64,000 bases of DNA from positions 4,503 through 68,502 of the forward strand of contig NZ_PSMQ01000002.1 of NCBI RefSeq assembly GCF_040290245.1. The letters are read 5' to 3'. This stretch comes from Thermus sp. (GTDB lineage Bacteria > Deinococcota > Deinococci > Deinococcales > Thermaceae). Below, piece after piece: positions 1-11,281 of the stretch. Positions within the stretch are counted from its first letter, which is position 1, and every line of letters starts with the position of its first letter. Below the pieces are notes generated by a model that made no database searches, was not told the origin of the DNA, and saw only the letters and a list, made by a program, of their open reading frames with translations. A program made the translations under genes and the position numbers.

Positions 1-81
1 GGGATCGTCCGGAAGATCCTGGTGCAAAACGGCGAGCCGGTGGAGTACGGCCAGCCCCTTTTCCTGATTGAGCCGGTATGA
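1..81 (+). CDS. accB: Acetyl-CoA carboxylase biotin carboxyl carrier protein, 3' end only
   Basis: Frame 1 reads GIVRKILVQNGEPVEYGQPLFLIEPV*, the typical BCCP C-terminus; stop overlaps the accC start (ATGA). Confidence 0.9.
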   Translation, partial: GIVRKILVQNGEPVEYGQPLFLIEPV

Positions 82-1415
82 AGAAGGTCCTCATCGCCAA
101 CCGGGGGGAGATCGCCTTACGGGTCATCCGGGCGGCCAAGGAGCTGGGCCTCAAGACCGTGGTCGTCCACTCCACGGCGGATGAGAGGAGCCTGCCCGTC
201 CTCATGGCCGACGAGGCCATCTGCATCGGCCCTCCCCCCTCGGGGCAGAGCTACCTGAACATCCCCAACATCCTCTCCGCAGCCATCGTGACCGGTGCGG
301 ACGCCATCCATCCCGGGTATGGGTTCCTCTCGGAAAATCCCACCTTCGCCGAGATGGTCCGGGAGCACGGCCTGGTCTTCATCGGCCCCACCCCGGAGAA
401 CATGCGGGCTTTGGGGGACAAGGCCACGGCCAGGCGGGTGGCCCGGGAGGCGGGGGTGCCCACCGTGCCCGGGACCGACGAGCTGAATAGCGTGGAGGAG
501 GCCAAGCAGGCGGCCCGGGAGATCGGCTACCCCGTGATCCTCAAGGCCTCCGCCGGGGGCGGGGGGCGGGGGATGCGCCTCGTCCACACGGAGGAGGATC
601 TGGAGCGCGCGGTCCAGCAGGCCCAGGAGGAGGCCCGGGCCGCCTTCGGCAACCCGGCCATCTACCTGGAAAAGTACATTGAGGAGCCCAAGCACATCGA
701 GATCCAGGTCCTAGGGGATGGGGAGGAGGTGGTCCACCTCTGGGAGCGGGACTGCTCCATCCAGCGCCGTCACCAGAAGCTTTTGGAAGAGGCGCCGAGC
801 GTCTTGCCCTTTGAGGTGCGCAAGGCCATCGCCGAGGCCGCGGTCCGCCTGGCCAAGCACGTGGGGTACGTCTCCGCGGGCACCTTGGAATTCTTGGTGG
901 ACAAGGAGGGAAACTTCTATTTCATAGAGATGAACACCCGCATCCAGGTGGAGCATCCCGTTACGGAGATGATCACCGGGGTGGATCTGGTCCAGGCCCA
1001 GTTCCGCATCGCCCTGGGGGAGAGGCTTTGGCTCAAGCAGGAGGAGATCCTTCCCCGGGGGCATGCCATTGAGGTGCGGGTGAACGCGGAGGACCCGGAA
1101 AAGGGCTTCAGGCCCGCCATCGGGAAGGTGGAGACCCTTCTTTTTCCCGGGGGGCCGGGGGTCCGGGTGGACTCCCACCTTTACGCGGGCTACCCGATCC
1201 CCCCCCATTACGACTCCCTCATCGCCAAGATCATCGCCTGGGCCCCGAGCCGGGAGGAGGCCATACGGCGGATGGAACGGGCCCTTTCCGAGACGGTGAT
1301 CGAGGGTCCAGGCCTCAAGACCACCATCCCTTTCCATCAGAGGGTTCTTCAGAACGCCTTCTTCCGCCGGGGGGCGGTCTACACCAACTTCGTGGCCCGA
1401 AGGATGGAGCTGTAG
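78..1415 (+). CDS. accC: Acetyl-CoA carboxylase biotin carboxylase subunit
   Basis: ANRGEIA, HPGYGFLSEN, GGGGRG, ERDCSIQRRHQK and EMNTRIQVEH motifs. Confidence 0.97.
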   Translation: MKKVLIANRGEIALRVIRAAKELGLKTVVVHSTADERSLPVLMADEAICIGPPPSGQSYLNIPNILSAAIVTGADAIHPGYGFLSENPTFAEMVREHGLVFIGPTPENMRALGDKATARRVAREAGVPTVPGTDELNSVEEAKQAAREIGYPVILKASAGGGGRGMRLVHTEEDLERAVQQAQEEARAAFGNPAIYLEKYIEEPKHIEIQVLGDGEEVVHLWERDCSIQRRHQKLLEEAPSVLPFEVRKAIAEAAVRLAKHVGYVSAGTLEFLVDKEGNFYFIEMNTRIQVEHPVTEMITGVDLVQAQFRIALGERLWLKQEEILPRGHAIEVRVNAEDPEKGFRPAIGKVETLLFPGGPGVRVDSHLYAGYPIPPHYDSLIAKIIAWAPSREEAIRRMERALSETVIEGPGLKTTIPFHQRVLQNAFFRRGAVYTNFVARRMEL

Positions 1416-1424
1416 ACTAAGGGC

Positions 1425-1757
1425 GTGATGGTGGACTACGAGATCACCGAGGGGGCTTTGGGGGCCATCGTGGCCCAGGCTTTGGAGGGCCTCGAGGGGG
1501 TGCGGCTCATCGCCCCCGGCGCCAAGACCCTGGGCGAGCTTTTCAAGCGCTCGAAGCCCGTCCGGGTGGAACGGGGGCCGGAGGGGCTTTTGGTGGACCT
1601 GGTCCTTTCTGTGGACTACGGCCGCCCCATTCCCGCCTTGGCCCAGGAGGTGCAAAAGGCCGTGGCGGAGGCCTTGTTCGTGGCCACAGGGGAGCGGGTG
1701 GGAGCGGTCAACCTTACCGTGGCCCAGGTGGAGTACCGCGAGGACCATGCTGCGTAG
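1425..1757 (+). CDS. Asp23/Gls24 family protein
   Basis: 110 aa with VDYG..IP..A..VQ..V..AL pattern; usual position between accC and nusB. Confidence 0.8.
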   Translation: MMVDYEITEGALGAIVAQALEGLEGVRLIAPGAKTLGELFKRSKPVRVERGPEGLLVDLVLSVDYGRPIPALAQEVQKAVAEALFVATGERVGAVNLTVAQVEYREDHAA

Positions 1758-2199
1758 GGCGCGGGAACTCGCCTTCAAAGCGCTTTTTGCCCACACCCAG
1801 GGAGGGGTTCCCCTCTGGGAGGCCTTCCAGCACGCCCTTTCGGAAAGCCAGGAGGAGGAGGCCTACGGCGAGGCGCTGGACGAGGAGGGGATCGCCTTCG
1901 CCAGGCGGCTTCTAGAGGGGTACACCCGGCGCCAAGGAGAGGTGGACCGCATCCTCGAGGAGACGGTCCAGGGATGGGACTTCGGCCAGATGGCCAAGAC
2001 CGACCTCACCGTCTTGCGCCTGGCCACCTACGAGATGCTCTTTGAGCCCACCCCTTTTGCTCCCCTTATCGAAGTGGCGGTAAAGATTGCCAAGCGGTAC
2101 GGGGGGGAGCATTCGGGCAGTTTTGTGAACGGTGTTTTGGCCCGTGTCCTCCGCCGGGTAGAGGCGGGGGAGCTCAGCGCCGCGCCCAAGGAGGAGTGA
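1747..2199 (+). CDS. nusB: Transcription antitermination factor NusB
   Basis: RRARELAFKALF N-terminus, LRLATYEM, AKRYGGEHSGSFVNGVL. Confidence 0.95.
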   Translation: MLRRARELAFKALFAHTQGGVPLWEAFQHALSESQEEEAYGEALDEEGIAFARRLLEGYTRRQGEVDRILEETVQGWDFGQMAKTDLTVLRLATYEMLFEPTPFAPLIEVAVKIAKRYGGEHSGSFVNGVLARVLRRVEAGELSAAPKEE

Positions 2200-3044
2200 T
2201 GGCCGAGATCTGGAAGGGCGGCCCCGTGGCGGAGGCGGTCTACCAGGAGATCCGCACGAGGCTTTCCGCCTTGGACTTCGTTCCCTATTTGAAAGTCATC
2301 CGTCTTGGAGAGGATCCTGCGAGCGTGTCCTATGTTCGCTTGAAGGCCAAAAAGGCGCGGGAGCTGGGCTTTAGAAGCGAGGTGGAGGTCTATCCCGAGG
2401 CCCTTCCCGAGGAGGTCCTTTTGGAGCGAATCCGGATTTTGAACGAGGAGAAGGAGCTGGATGGCCTACTGGTGCAGCTTCCCCTGCCTTCCCACATCCG
2501 GGCGGAGCGGGTCTTGGAGGCCATTCATCCTCTGAAGGACGTGGACGGCTTTCATCCGGTGAATGTGGGGCGGCTTTGGAGTGGAGGGGAGGGGCTTTTC
2601 CCCTGCACCCCCTTGGGGATCATCCGGCTTCTCAAGCACTACAAGGTGGATCTGAAAGGCAAGGAGGTGGTGATTCTCGGCCGCTCCAACATCGTGGGCA
2701 AGCCCCTGGCGGGCCTTCTTTTAAGGGAGGACGCCACGGTCACCGTGGCCCATTCCAAGACGGCCCGCCTCCCTGAGGTCACCCGCCGGGCGGAGATCCT
2801 CATCGCCGCCGTGGGCCGACCCCATTTCGTGCGTCCGGAGATGGTCCAAGAGGGGGCGGTGGTGGTGGACGTGGGGGTGACCCGGGTCGAGGATCGGCTT
2901 CTGGGGGATGTCCACCCCAAGGTGGCGGAGGTGGCCTCGGCCCTCACCCCGGTTCCCGGGGGGGTGGGGCCCATGACCGTGGCCATGCTCATGGCCAACA
3001 CCTTGAAAGCGGCCCTTCTGAGGCGGAATGGAGCTCCTCGCTAA
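2196..3044 (+). CDS. folD: Methylenetetrahydrofolate dehydrogenase/cyclohydrolase
   Basis: LVQLPLP, KDVDGFHP, PCTP, GRSNIVGKP, TPVPGGVGPMT (start GTG 2196 or ATG 2199). Confidence 0.97.
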   Translation: MMAEIWKGGPVAEAVYQEIRTRLSALDFVPYLKVIRLGEDPASVSYVRLKAKKARELGFRSEVEVYPEALPEEVLLERIRILNEEKELDGLLVQLPLPSHIRAERVLEAIHPLKDVDGFHPVNVGRLWSGGEGLFPCTPLGIIRLLKHYKVDLKGKEVVILGRSNIVGKPLAGLLLREDATVTVAHSKTARLPEVTRRAEILIAAVGRPHFVRPEMVQEGAVVVDVGVTRVEDRLLGDVHPKVAEVASALTPVPGGVGPMTVAMLMANTLKAALLRRNGAPR

Positions 3045-3474
3045 CCCCGTCTTCTGGACCGCCTTACTGGCGAACCTCTTGGCCCAGACCCTGAAGCTTT
3101 TTATCTACTACTTCCTCGAGGGCCGCCTCCAGTGGGAGCGGTTTTTGGAGACCGGAGGGATGCCCTCCTCCCACTCGGCCACAGTGAGCGCCCTGGCCGT
3201 GGCGGTGGGCATCCGGGAGGGGTTTGACTCCTCGGTTTTCGCCGTGGCGACGGTCTTCGCCCTCATCGTCATGTACGACGCCACGGGCATCCGCCGGGCT
3301 GCCGGGATGCACGCCAAGCTTTTGAACGAACTGGTGGAGGATCTTCAAGACCTTCTCAACAAGGGGCCAAGGCCCGAGCCTCTGAAGGTGCTCCTGGGGC
3401 ACACCTACCTCGAGGTGGCCGTGGGAGCCCTTCTGGGCGCGGCTTTCGCCTGGGGGGTCTCCCGCTTCTGGTGA
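3028..3474 (+). CDS. Divergent PAP2 family (DUF212) membrane protein
   Basis: GGMPSSHSA, YDATGIRRAAG and LGHT motifs. Confidence 0.88.
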   Translation: MELLANPVFWTALLANLLAQTLKLFIYYFLEGRLQWERFLETGGMPSSHSATVSALAVAVGIREGFDSSVFAVATVFALIVMYDATGIRRAAGMHAKLLNELVEDLQDLLNKGPRPEPLKVLLGHTYLEVAVGALLGAAFAWGVSRFW

Positions 3475-3492
3475 GGCCTGTACCCAGGCCTC

Positions 3493-3708
3493 CTACCCCC
3501 CCTTGCGGTAGGCTTTAAGGAGGAGGCCGCCTTCCAGCAGCCAAAAGGCCAGAAGCCCTAAGACGGGAGAGAGATGGTAAAGGACCAGGCTGAGGATCAG
3601 GCTCCCCCCCTGCCACGGGAGGAGGGCCCTTTGGTAGATCCAAAGGGCCCAGGTGTTGAGGAGGCCGAAGAAGAGGATGGCCGCGAGCCCCGCTGCTTCC
3701 ACTCCCAA
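3493..3708 (-). CDS. Small hydrophobic membrane protein
   Basis: 71-aa ORF with 2-3 hydrophobic stretches filling the gap between convergent/divergent neighbours. Confidence 0.55.
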   Translation of the reverse strand: MGVEAAGLAAILFFGLLNTWALWIYQRALLPWQGGSLILSLVLYHLSPVLGLLAFWLLEGGLLLKAYRKGG

Positions 3709-3752
3709 AGGCTACGCCCCCCTTGGGGGGCTTGGCAAGCCAGGAACAGCCC

Positions 3753-3767
3753 TTATACTGAGTATAA
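3753..3767. promoter_or_regulatory. Palindromic operator overlapping the -10 box; probable FadR (TetR family) site
   Basis: CTTATACT-G-AGTATAAG perfect inverted repeat at 3752-3768 covering TATACT; fits the Thermus FadR consensus TTRNACYNRGTNYAA as recalled. Confidence 0.7.
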
Positions 3768-3786
3768 GTTTATGTGAGGTGCGCCC

Positions 3787-5778
3787 ATGTTGAGCTTGTT
3801 CGAGAAGGTGCTCTTCTTTCTTTTGGCCCTGGCCTCCTTGTACCTTGGAGGCCAGGGGTTTTACCGGGTGTACCGGGCCATCCGGCGGGGGAAGCCGGAG
3901 AACCGGTTGGACCGCCTTCCTGTACGGGTGGGCCGGGCCCTCTGGCTGGTCCTTACCCAGAAGACGGTGTTCAAACGCCGCCCTTGGGTCTCCTTCCTCC
4001 ACGCCCTGGTCTTTTACGGCTTCGTCTATTACCTCCTGGTTAACCTCGTGGACCTTCTGGAAGGGTACTTCCCCCTTCACACCCAAGGGGGGCTTTGGGA
4101 CCCCTTTAACCTTTTGGCGGATCTCCTCACCTTCGGCATTTTGGTGGGCATTCTGGGCCTGATGGCCAGGCGGTACCTGATCGCGCCTAAGGACTTCACC
4201 TGGAACCCCAAGGTTCCTCTCCACGAGCGGGTCCGCAAGGGCATTCCCCGGGACTCGGCCATCGTGGGGGGGTTCATTACCTTCCACGTGGGAAGCCGCC
4301 TTCTCTCCAAGGCCAGCGCCTTGGCCCAGGAGGGCCCGGACCCCTTCCAACCCGTGGCGAGCGCCGTTTCGGTCTGGCTCTCCGGCCTTCCCCCAGAGAC
4401 CCTTGTGCGCTTGGAACACCTCTTCTGGTGGGGGGCGTTGGGGTCCATCCTCCTTTTCATCCCCTATTTCCCCCGGTCCAAGCACATCCACCTCTTCCTG
4501 GCCCCCATCAACCTGGCGCTTTACAAGGAGAAGCCGGGGGCACTCCTGCCCATTCGCTTTGAAGAGGTTGAGGAGGAGGCCGAACGCTTCGGGGCGGAGC
4601 GGCTGGAGGATCTCAGCTTCAAGCGCCTTTTGGATGCCTATAGCTGCATCATGTGCAACCGCTGCCAGGAGGCCTGCCCCGCCTACGTGACCGGAAAGGC
4701 CTTGAGCCCCGCCGCCATTTTGATCTCCGAGCGGTATGAGCTGAACGGGATCCTCCCGGGGTTTGCCCAAGGCCAACCAAGCCCCCGGCCCCTTATGGAC
4801 TTCGCCCTGAACGAGGAGGCGCTCTGGGCCTGCACCACCTGCATGGCCTGTGTGGAGGTCTGCCCCGTGGGGAACGAGCCTATGCTCCACATCCTGGACG
4901 TGCGCCGGGCCAGGGTGCTCATGGAGGGGGAGTTCCCCCAGGAGCTCAACAACGCTTTCCGGGGCATGGAGCGTTCCGGCAACCCCTGGGGGATCGGACA
5001 GGCCAAGCGGCTGGACTGGGCGGAGGGCCTCGAGGTTCCCACCGTGGCCGAGAAGCCGCATCCAGAGGTCCTCTACTGGGTGGGCTGCGCCCCGAGCTAT
5101 GACCCCCGGGCCCAGAGGATCGCCCGGGCCATGGCCGAGCTTCTGAACCGGGCTGGGGTAGACTGGGCGGTTTTGGGGACCAAGGAGAAGTGCACAGGGG
5201 ACGCTGCCCGGCGCGCAGGGAACGAGTACCTCTTCTTCCAGCTGGCCACGGAGAATGTAGAGACGCTGAACGCGGTGGCCCCCAAGCGGATCGTCACCAC
5301 CTGCCCCCACTGCTTCCATACCCTTGGCAACGAGTACAAGGACTTTGGCGGGGCGTACCGGGTGGTCCACCACACGGAGTTTCTGGCCGAGCTCATCCGC
5401 TCTGGACGGCTTAAGCTCCGCCCCGAGGCCAAGGCGGTGGTCTTCCACGACCCCTGTTACCTGGGCCGGCACAACGGGGTCTACGAGGCCCCGAGGGAGG
5501 TGCTCCGGGCGGGCTTCCAGCTCACCGAGCCCCCCAGGGCCCGGGAGAAGAGCTTTTGCTGTGGGGCCGGAGGGGCCCAGTTCTGGAAGGAGGAGGAACC
5601 GGGGGCGATGCGGGTTTCCGAAAACCGATACAAGGAGCTGCGGGCTACCGGGGCGGAGGTCATCGCCACAGGCTGCCCCTTCTGCATGGCCATGATGAAT
5701 GTGGAAGTGGTCCAGGACGAAAAGCCCCCGGAGGTTAAGGACGTGGCGGAGCTGGTCCTCGAGGCCCTGGAGGCCTGA
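3787..5778 (+). CDS. Membrane Fe-S oxidoreductase, FadF/HdrD-like
   Basis: N-terminal TM helices, CxxCxxCxxxCP twice (CIMCNRCQEACP, CTTCMACVEVCP), two CCG domains (CCGAGG, CPFC). Confidence 0.85.
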   Translation: MLSLFEKVLFFLLALASLYLGGQGFYRVYRAIRRGKPENRLDRLPVRVGRALWLVLTQKTVFKRRPWVSFLHALVFYGFVYYLLVNLVDLLEGYFPLHTQGGLWDPFNLLADLLTFGILVGILGLMARRYLIAPKDFTWNPKVPLHERVRKGIPRDSAIVGGFITFHVGSRLLSKASALAQEGPDPFQPVASAVSVWLSGLPPETLVRLEHLFWWGALGSILLFIPYFPRSKHIHLFLAPINLALYKEKPGALLPIRFEEVEEEAERFGAERLEDLSFKRLLDAYSCIMCNRCQEACPAYVTGKALSPAAILISERYELNGILPGFAQGQPSPRPLMDFALNEEALWACTTCMACVEVCPVGNEPMLHILDVRRARVLMEGEFPQELNNAFRGMERSGNPWGIGQAKRLDWAEGLEVPTVAEKPHPEVLYWVGCAPSYDPRAQRIARAMAELLNRAGVDWAVLGTKEKCTGDAARRAGNEYLFFQLATENVETLNAVAPKRIVTTCPHCFHTLGNEYKDFGGAYRVVHHTEFLAELIRSGRLKLRPEAKAVVFHDPCYLGRHNGVYEAPREVLRAGFQLTEPPRAREKSFCCGAGGAQFWKEEEPGAMRVSENRYKELRATGAEVIATGCPFCMAMMNVEVVQDEKPPEVKDVAELVLEALEA

Positions 5779-5784
5779 GCGCCT

Positions 5785-6327
5785 TCAGCCTGGTCTGGTG
5801 TAGACGGCCCAGGCCCGGTACCCCCCGGCCATCCACCCTTCCCCAAAGGCCCGGAGGCAAAGGCCTTTAGGCGGGGTTAGAACCTCCAGCTCCTCCCAGT
5901 AAAAGGGGCTTTCCCCCCTGCCCCGCCTTTGGGCCTCGAGGCGGGTGAACCCTTCCACCAAAAGAAGCCCCCCGGGGGCGAGAAGAGGGGGAAGGGCCTG
6001 GAGGAGGGGGCGGTTGACGTAGTAGCTCAAGACGATCCCCGCAAAGGGACCCCGGGGCAGGCGGGAAAGGGCCCCTTCCGCCTCGAGGTCCAGCTCCAGG
6101 AGGTCAAGCCCCGAAACCCCCGAAAGACGCCTGAGGGCCTCCCGGCTTTTTTCCACCAAGACCACCCGATGCCCCCTGGCCAGAAGGGGGCGGGCGTTTC
6201 GTCCCAGACCCCCCGCCAGGTCTAAGACCGCCCCCTTTGGAAGGAAGGGCGCGTAGGCCCGGACCACAAAGGCGGGTGGCCGGTCTTTTTGCGCCGCCTG
6301 GTAAACCATTTCCCAGTCTCTAGGCAT
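5785..6327 (-). CDS. Class I SAM-dependent methyltransferase (TehB-like)
   Basis: VLDLAGGLGRNA motif I. Confidence 0.75.
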   Translation of the reverse strand: MPRDWEMVYQAAQKDRPPAFVVRAYAPFLPKGAVLDLAGGLGRNARPLLARGHRVVLVEKSREALRRLSGVSGLDLLELDLEAEGALSRLPRGPFAGIVLSYYVNRPLLQALPPLLAPGGLLLVEGFTRLEAQRRGRGESPFYWEELEVLTPPKGLCLRAFGEGWMAGGYRAWAVYTRPG

Positions 6328-6985
6328 GCCTGCGCACTGCGAGGAGGCTTCCCAAAAGGAGGATCCCCAGCGTCACCCCCCAGAAGACGGCCTTGGGGAG
6401 GGAGAGGGCCCACTCGGGGTGGTGGCTGAGTTCGGAAAACGTGGCCCAGCCCTCCAGAAGAAGCTTCACCCCTGCCCAACCCACCAGGGCATAGGCCACC
6501 TTCTCCAAAGCAGGGTAGGCTTCCATGAGCCGGACCAGCCTCCCAGCGGCGAGGCGGATGAGAAGGATGCCCAGCGCCACCCCCAGGAAGACCAAGACCA
6601 GGTCCTTGGAAAAGGCCACCACCACCAGAATGGAGTCGATGGCAAAGGCCAGGTCCACCAGGTTGATGAGGATCACCAACCGGACAAAGTCCCGCGCGGT
6701 CAGGCTGGGGGCCTCCTTGCTTCCTCCTTGGAAGTGGCGGAGCATCAGGTAGACGAGGTAAACCCCTCCCAGGACCTCCATCCACCAGAGCTGCAGAAGC
6801 CAAAAGGCAAAGACCAACGCTAGACCCCTCAGGGCGTACGCCCCCACGAGGCCGTAAAGGAGGGCCCGCGCCCTCAGGTGGGGCGGGAGGGGTTTGACCA
6901 TGACCGCCAAGACCAAGGCGTTGTCCCCAGAAAGAAGGGCCTCCAGGGCCACGATGGACAGAATGACCAGAAGGGCCTCGCTCAT
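6320..6985 (-). CDS. TerC family membrane protein
   Basis: LEALLSGDNALVLA and DLAFAIDSILVV motifs; start set at MSEALL (ATG 6985), overlapping the upstream stop. Confidence 0.9.
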   Translation of the reverse strand: MSEALLVILSIVALEALLSGDNALVLAVMVKPLPPHLRARALLYGLVGAYALRGLALVFAFWLLQLWWMEVLGGVYLVYLMLRHFQGGSKEAPSLTARDFVRLVILINLVDLAFAIDSILVVVAFSKDLVLVFLGVALGILLIRLAAGRLVRLMEAYPALEKVAYALVGWAGVKLLLEGWATFSELSHHPEWALSLPKAVFWGVTLGILLLGSLLAVRRHA

Positions 6986-7917
6986 CGTCCCAGAAGAAAG
7001 CGGAGGCCGGGGGCTAGGGCCTGCTTCCAGGTGACCCAGTTGTGCCCCGAGGGCCTTTCCCGGTAGGCGTGGGGGGCTTTCTTGTCCGCCAGGACCGCGG
7101 CGAAGCGGCGGTTGGGAGCCAGAAGCCACTCCAACAGGCCCACCTCGAGGTAGATCCGGGGAAGCCTTTCCGCCTCCTGGTAGCGCTCTGTGAGCCACTC
7201 GGGGTCTTGGTAGGTGTCCCGACCGCCCGGCTGGGCCTTTAAGGCGGGGGAGAGGGCCAGGACCTTGGGGAAACGGTCTGGGTGCCTCAGGGCCTGCCAC
7301 AAGGAGAAAAGTCCGCCCAAAGAGGCCCCCGCCAAGACCGTCTCCCCAAGGGGGCCGTACGCCCTTTCCGCCTCGGCCAAGAGGCGGTGGAACTCCTCCT
7401 CGTAGCGCTCGGAGAACCGGTACTCCACGTTTCGGTCCAAGGGCTCCACGAAAAGAAGGCGCACGGGAGGGATCTCCCCTCTTTCCAGAAGGGCCTGAGC
7501 CACCTTGTGTAGCCCCGCGGTCCGGTAGAAGGCCACCCCGTCCTGGGCCACCACCGTGGCCTGAGGGCTTGGGCCGGTCTCGGCCACATAGAAGCGCCTT
7601 TCCCCCAAACGGTTCCGGTCCACCCTGGGTTCCTCCTTGGGCTCTGGGGGGGGCTCAAACCGATGGCCGGGAAGCCGGATGGCCCGGGGGTAAGTCCACC
7701 AGGGGTTATCCGCCCGCTCGGGGTTGTCCGGGTCAGGGAAGGGGCGGCCCTTCTCGTCCATGAAGGCGTATTCCACATAGGCCCCTTCCGGGAACTCAAG
7801 GGTGACAGGGCCTTTTAGGGGAATGGGGTTTCGCTCCCAGTCGGTGAAGTCGCCGATCAGATAAAGCGCCCCTTCCGGGGGGATAAAGGTGACATACCTT
7901 TTTTGGATATGGACCAT
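6982..7917 (-). CDS. Alpha/beta hydrolase (Fes-like esterase) with N-terminal CBM48-like domain
   Basis: LIGDFTDW beta-sandwich start, GASLGG nucleophile elbow, GHNW catalytic His; start at MVHIQK (7917). Confidence 0.75.
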   Translation of the reverse strand: MVHIQKRYVTFIPPEGALYLIGDFTDWERNPIPLKGPVTLEFPEGAYVEYAFMDEKGRPFPDPDNPERADNPWWTYPRAIRLPGHRFEPPPEPKEEPRVDRNRLGERRFYVAETGPSPQATVVAQDGVAFYRTAGLHKVAQALLERGEIPPVRLLFVEPLDRNVEYRFSERYEEEFHRLLAEAERAYGPLGETVLAGASLGGLFSLWQALRHPDRFPKVLALSPALKAQPGGRDTYQDPEWLTERYQEAERLPRIYLEVGLLEWLLAPNRRFAAVLADKKAPHAYRERPSGHNWVTWKQALAPGLRFLLGR

Positions 7918-7924
7918 ACTCCTC

Positions 7925-8737
7925 CTAGATGGGGTAAAGCCTTGGGTAGAGGGCAAGGAGCTCCTCTTCCGTCAGAGCCTCCCCCTCCTTCTCCGGGGTC
8001 CAGGCCAAATAGGCCCCGAGGAGGGTGGCCGAGGTGGTGGCGGCGAAGGCCAGGAGGCGTTCCTTGACCGCTTCCCGGGAAAGGGGGACAGGGGGTGGGA
8101 AGGCCCCGTAGCGGAGGGCGATCAGGCTCACCACCAGGTACCTTCCCCCGGCCTCGAGGCGGGGGGTGTAGGGCGCCTCGCTCCTCTCCCCCTGGAAGTG
8201 GCGGAAGGTCTCCTGGAAGAGGCTTCGCTCCTCCGCCATCCAGCTTTCGAAAGCCTCGGAGGCCCCTAAAGAGCGCGTCTCGTACTCCGCCCACCGCCAG
8301 GCGGGGGCCTCCCGCAGGAGGAGGACCACCGCTTCGTCCAAAAGGGCGGCCAGACCCTCCGGCGTGGTCGTGTCCGCCCCTTCGGCCAGGGTGCGTAGCC
8401 TCCGTTTGAGCTCCTCGCCCATGAGAAGAGCAAGCCTGAGCCGGGCCGCGCTGGTTTCCTCTTCGGGGGCGGCCTTCTTGAGGCCGTGGACCATGGCCAC
8501 CCCCACCGCCAGAAGCCCCAAGAAGACGAGGGCGGGCAGGAGGACGGACCCTCCCCCTCCTCCGCCCGGGAAGACGTAGACCGGGGGGTAGGGGGAGACG
8601 GGCAGGGGGAAGCTAGGGGCGGGGCTGGGATGGATGGGAGCCGGAACGGGCCTTGGGGCCACCCTGCCCCCAACCCCACCCCCGCTTTTTTGGGCCAGAC
8701 CAATGGAGAGAAGGAGAAGGAGAAGGATGAGGCGCAT
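7925..8737 (-). CDS. DUF1517-like protein with signal peptide
   Basis: Signal peptide, QKSGGGVGG, Pro-rich linker, TM helix, A..ADT.TPEGL..LL.EA..LLLR. Confidence 0.7.
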   Translation of the reverse strand: MRLILLLLLLSIGLAQKSGGGVGGRVAPRPVPAPIHPSPAPSFPLPVSPYPPVYVFPGGGGGGSVLLPALVFLGLLAVGVAMVHGLKKAAPEEETSAARLRLALLMGEELKRRLRTLAEGADTTTPEGLAALLDEAVVLLLREAPAWRWAEYETRSLGASEAFESWMAEERSLFQETFRHFQGERSEAPYTPRLEAGGRYLVVSLIALRYGAFPPPVPLSREAVKERLLAFAATTSATLLGAYLAWTPEKEGEALTEEELLALYPRLYPI

Positions 8738-8766
8738 CGGGCATAGGATACCATCTGAGGCCGGGG

Positions 8767-8795
8767 TTGATTTAAATGGAATTGTGCATTAAACT
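8767..8795 (+). promoter_or_regulatory. Sigma-A-like promoter of lon
   Basis: TTGATT-17bp-TAAACT in an AT-rich patch; a second -10-like TAGGCT lies at 8805-8810. Confidence 0.5.
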
Positions 8796-8858
8796 TGATA
8801 TAGATAGGCTAAGGCTATGGACGAAGGAACCCTGAACACAAGCCAAAGGAGGTCAGCC

Positions 8859-11276
<2,418 letters not shown>

Positions 11277-11281
11277 GGGCA

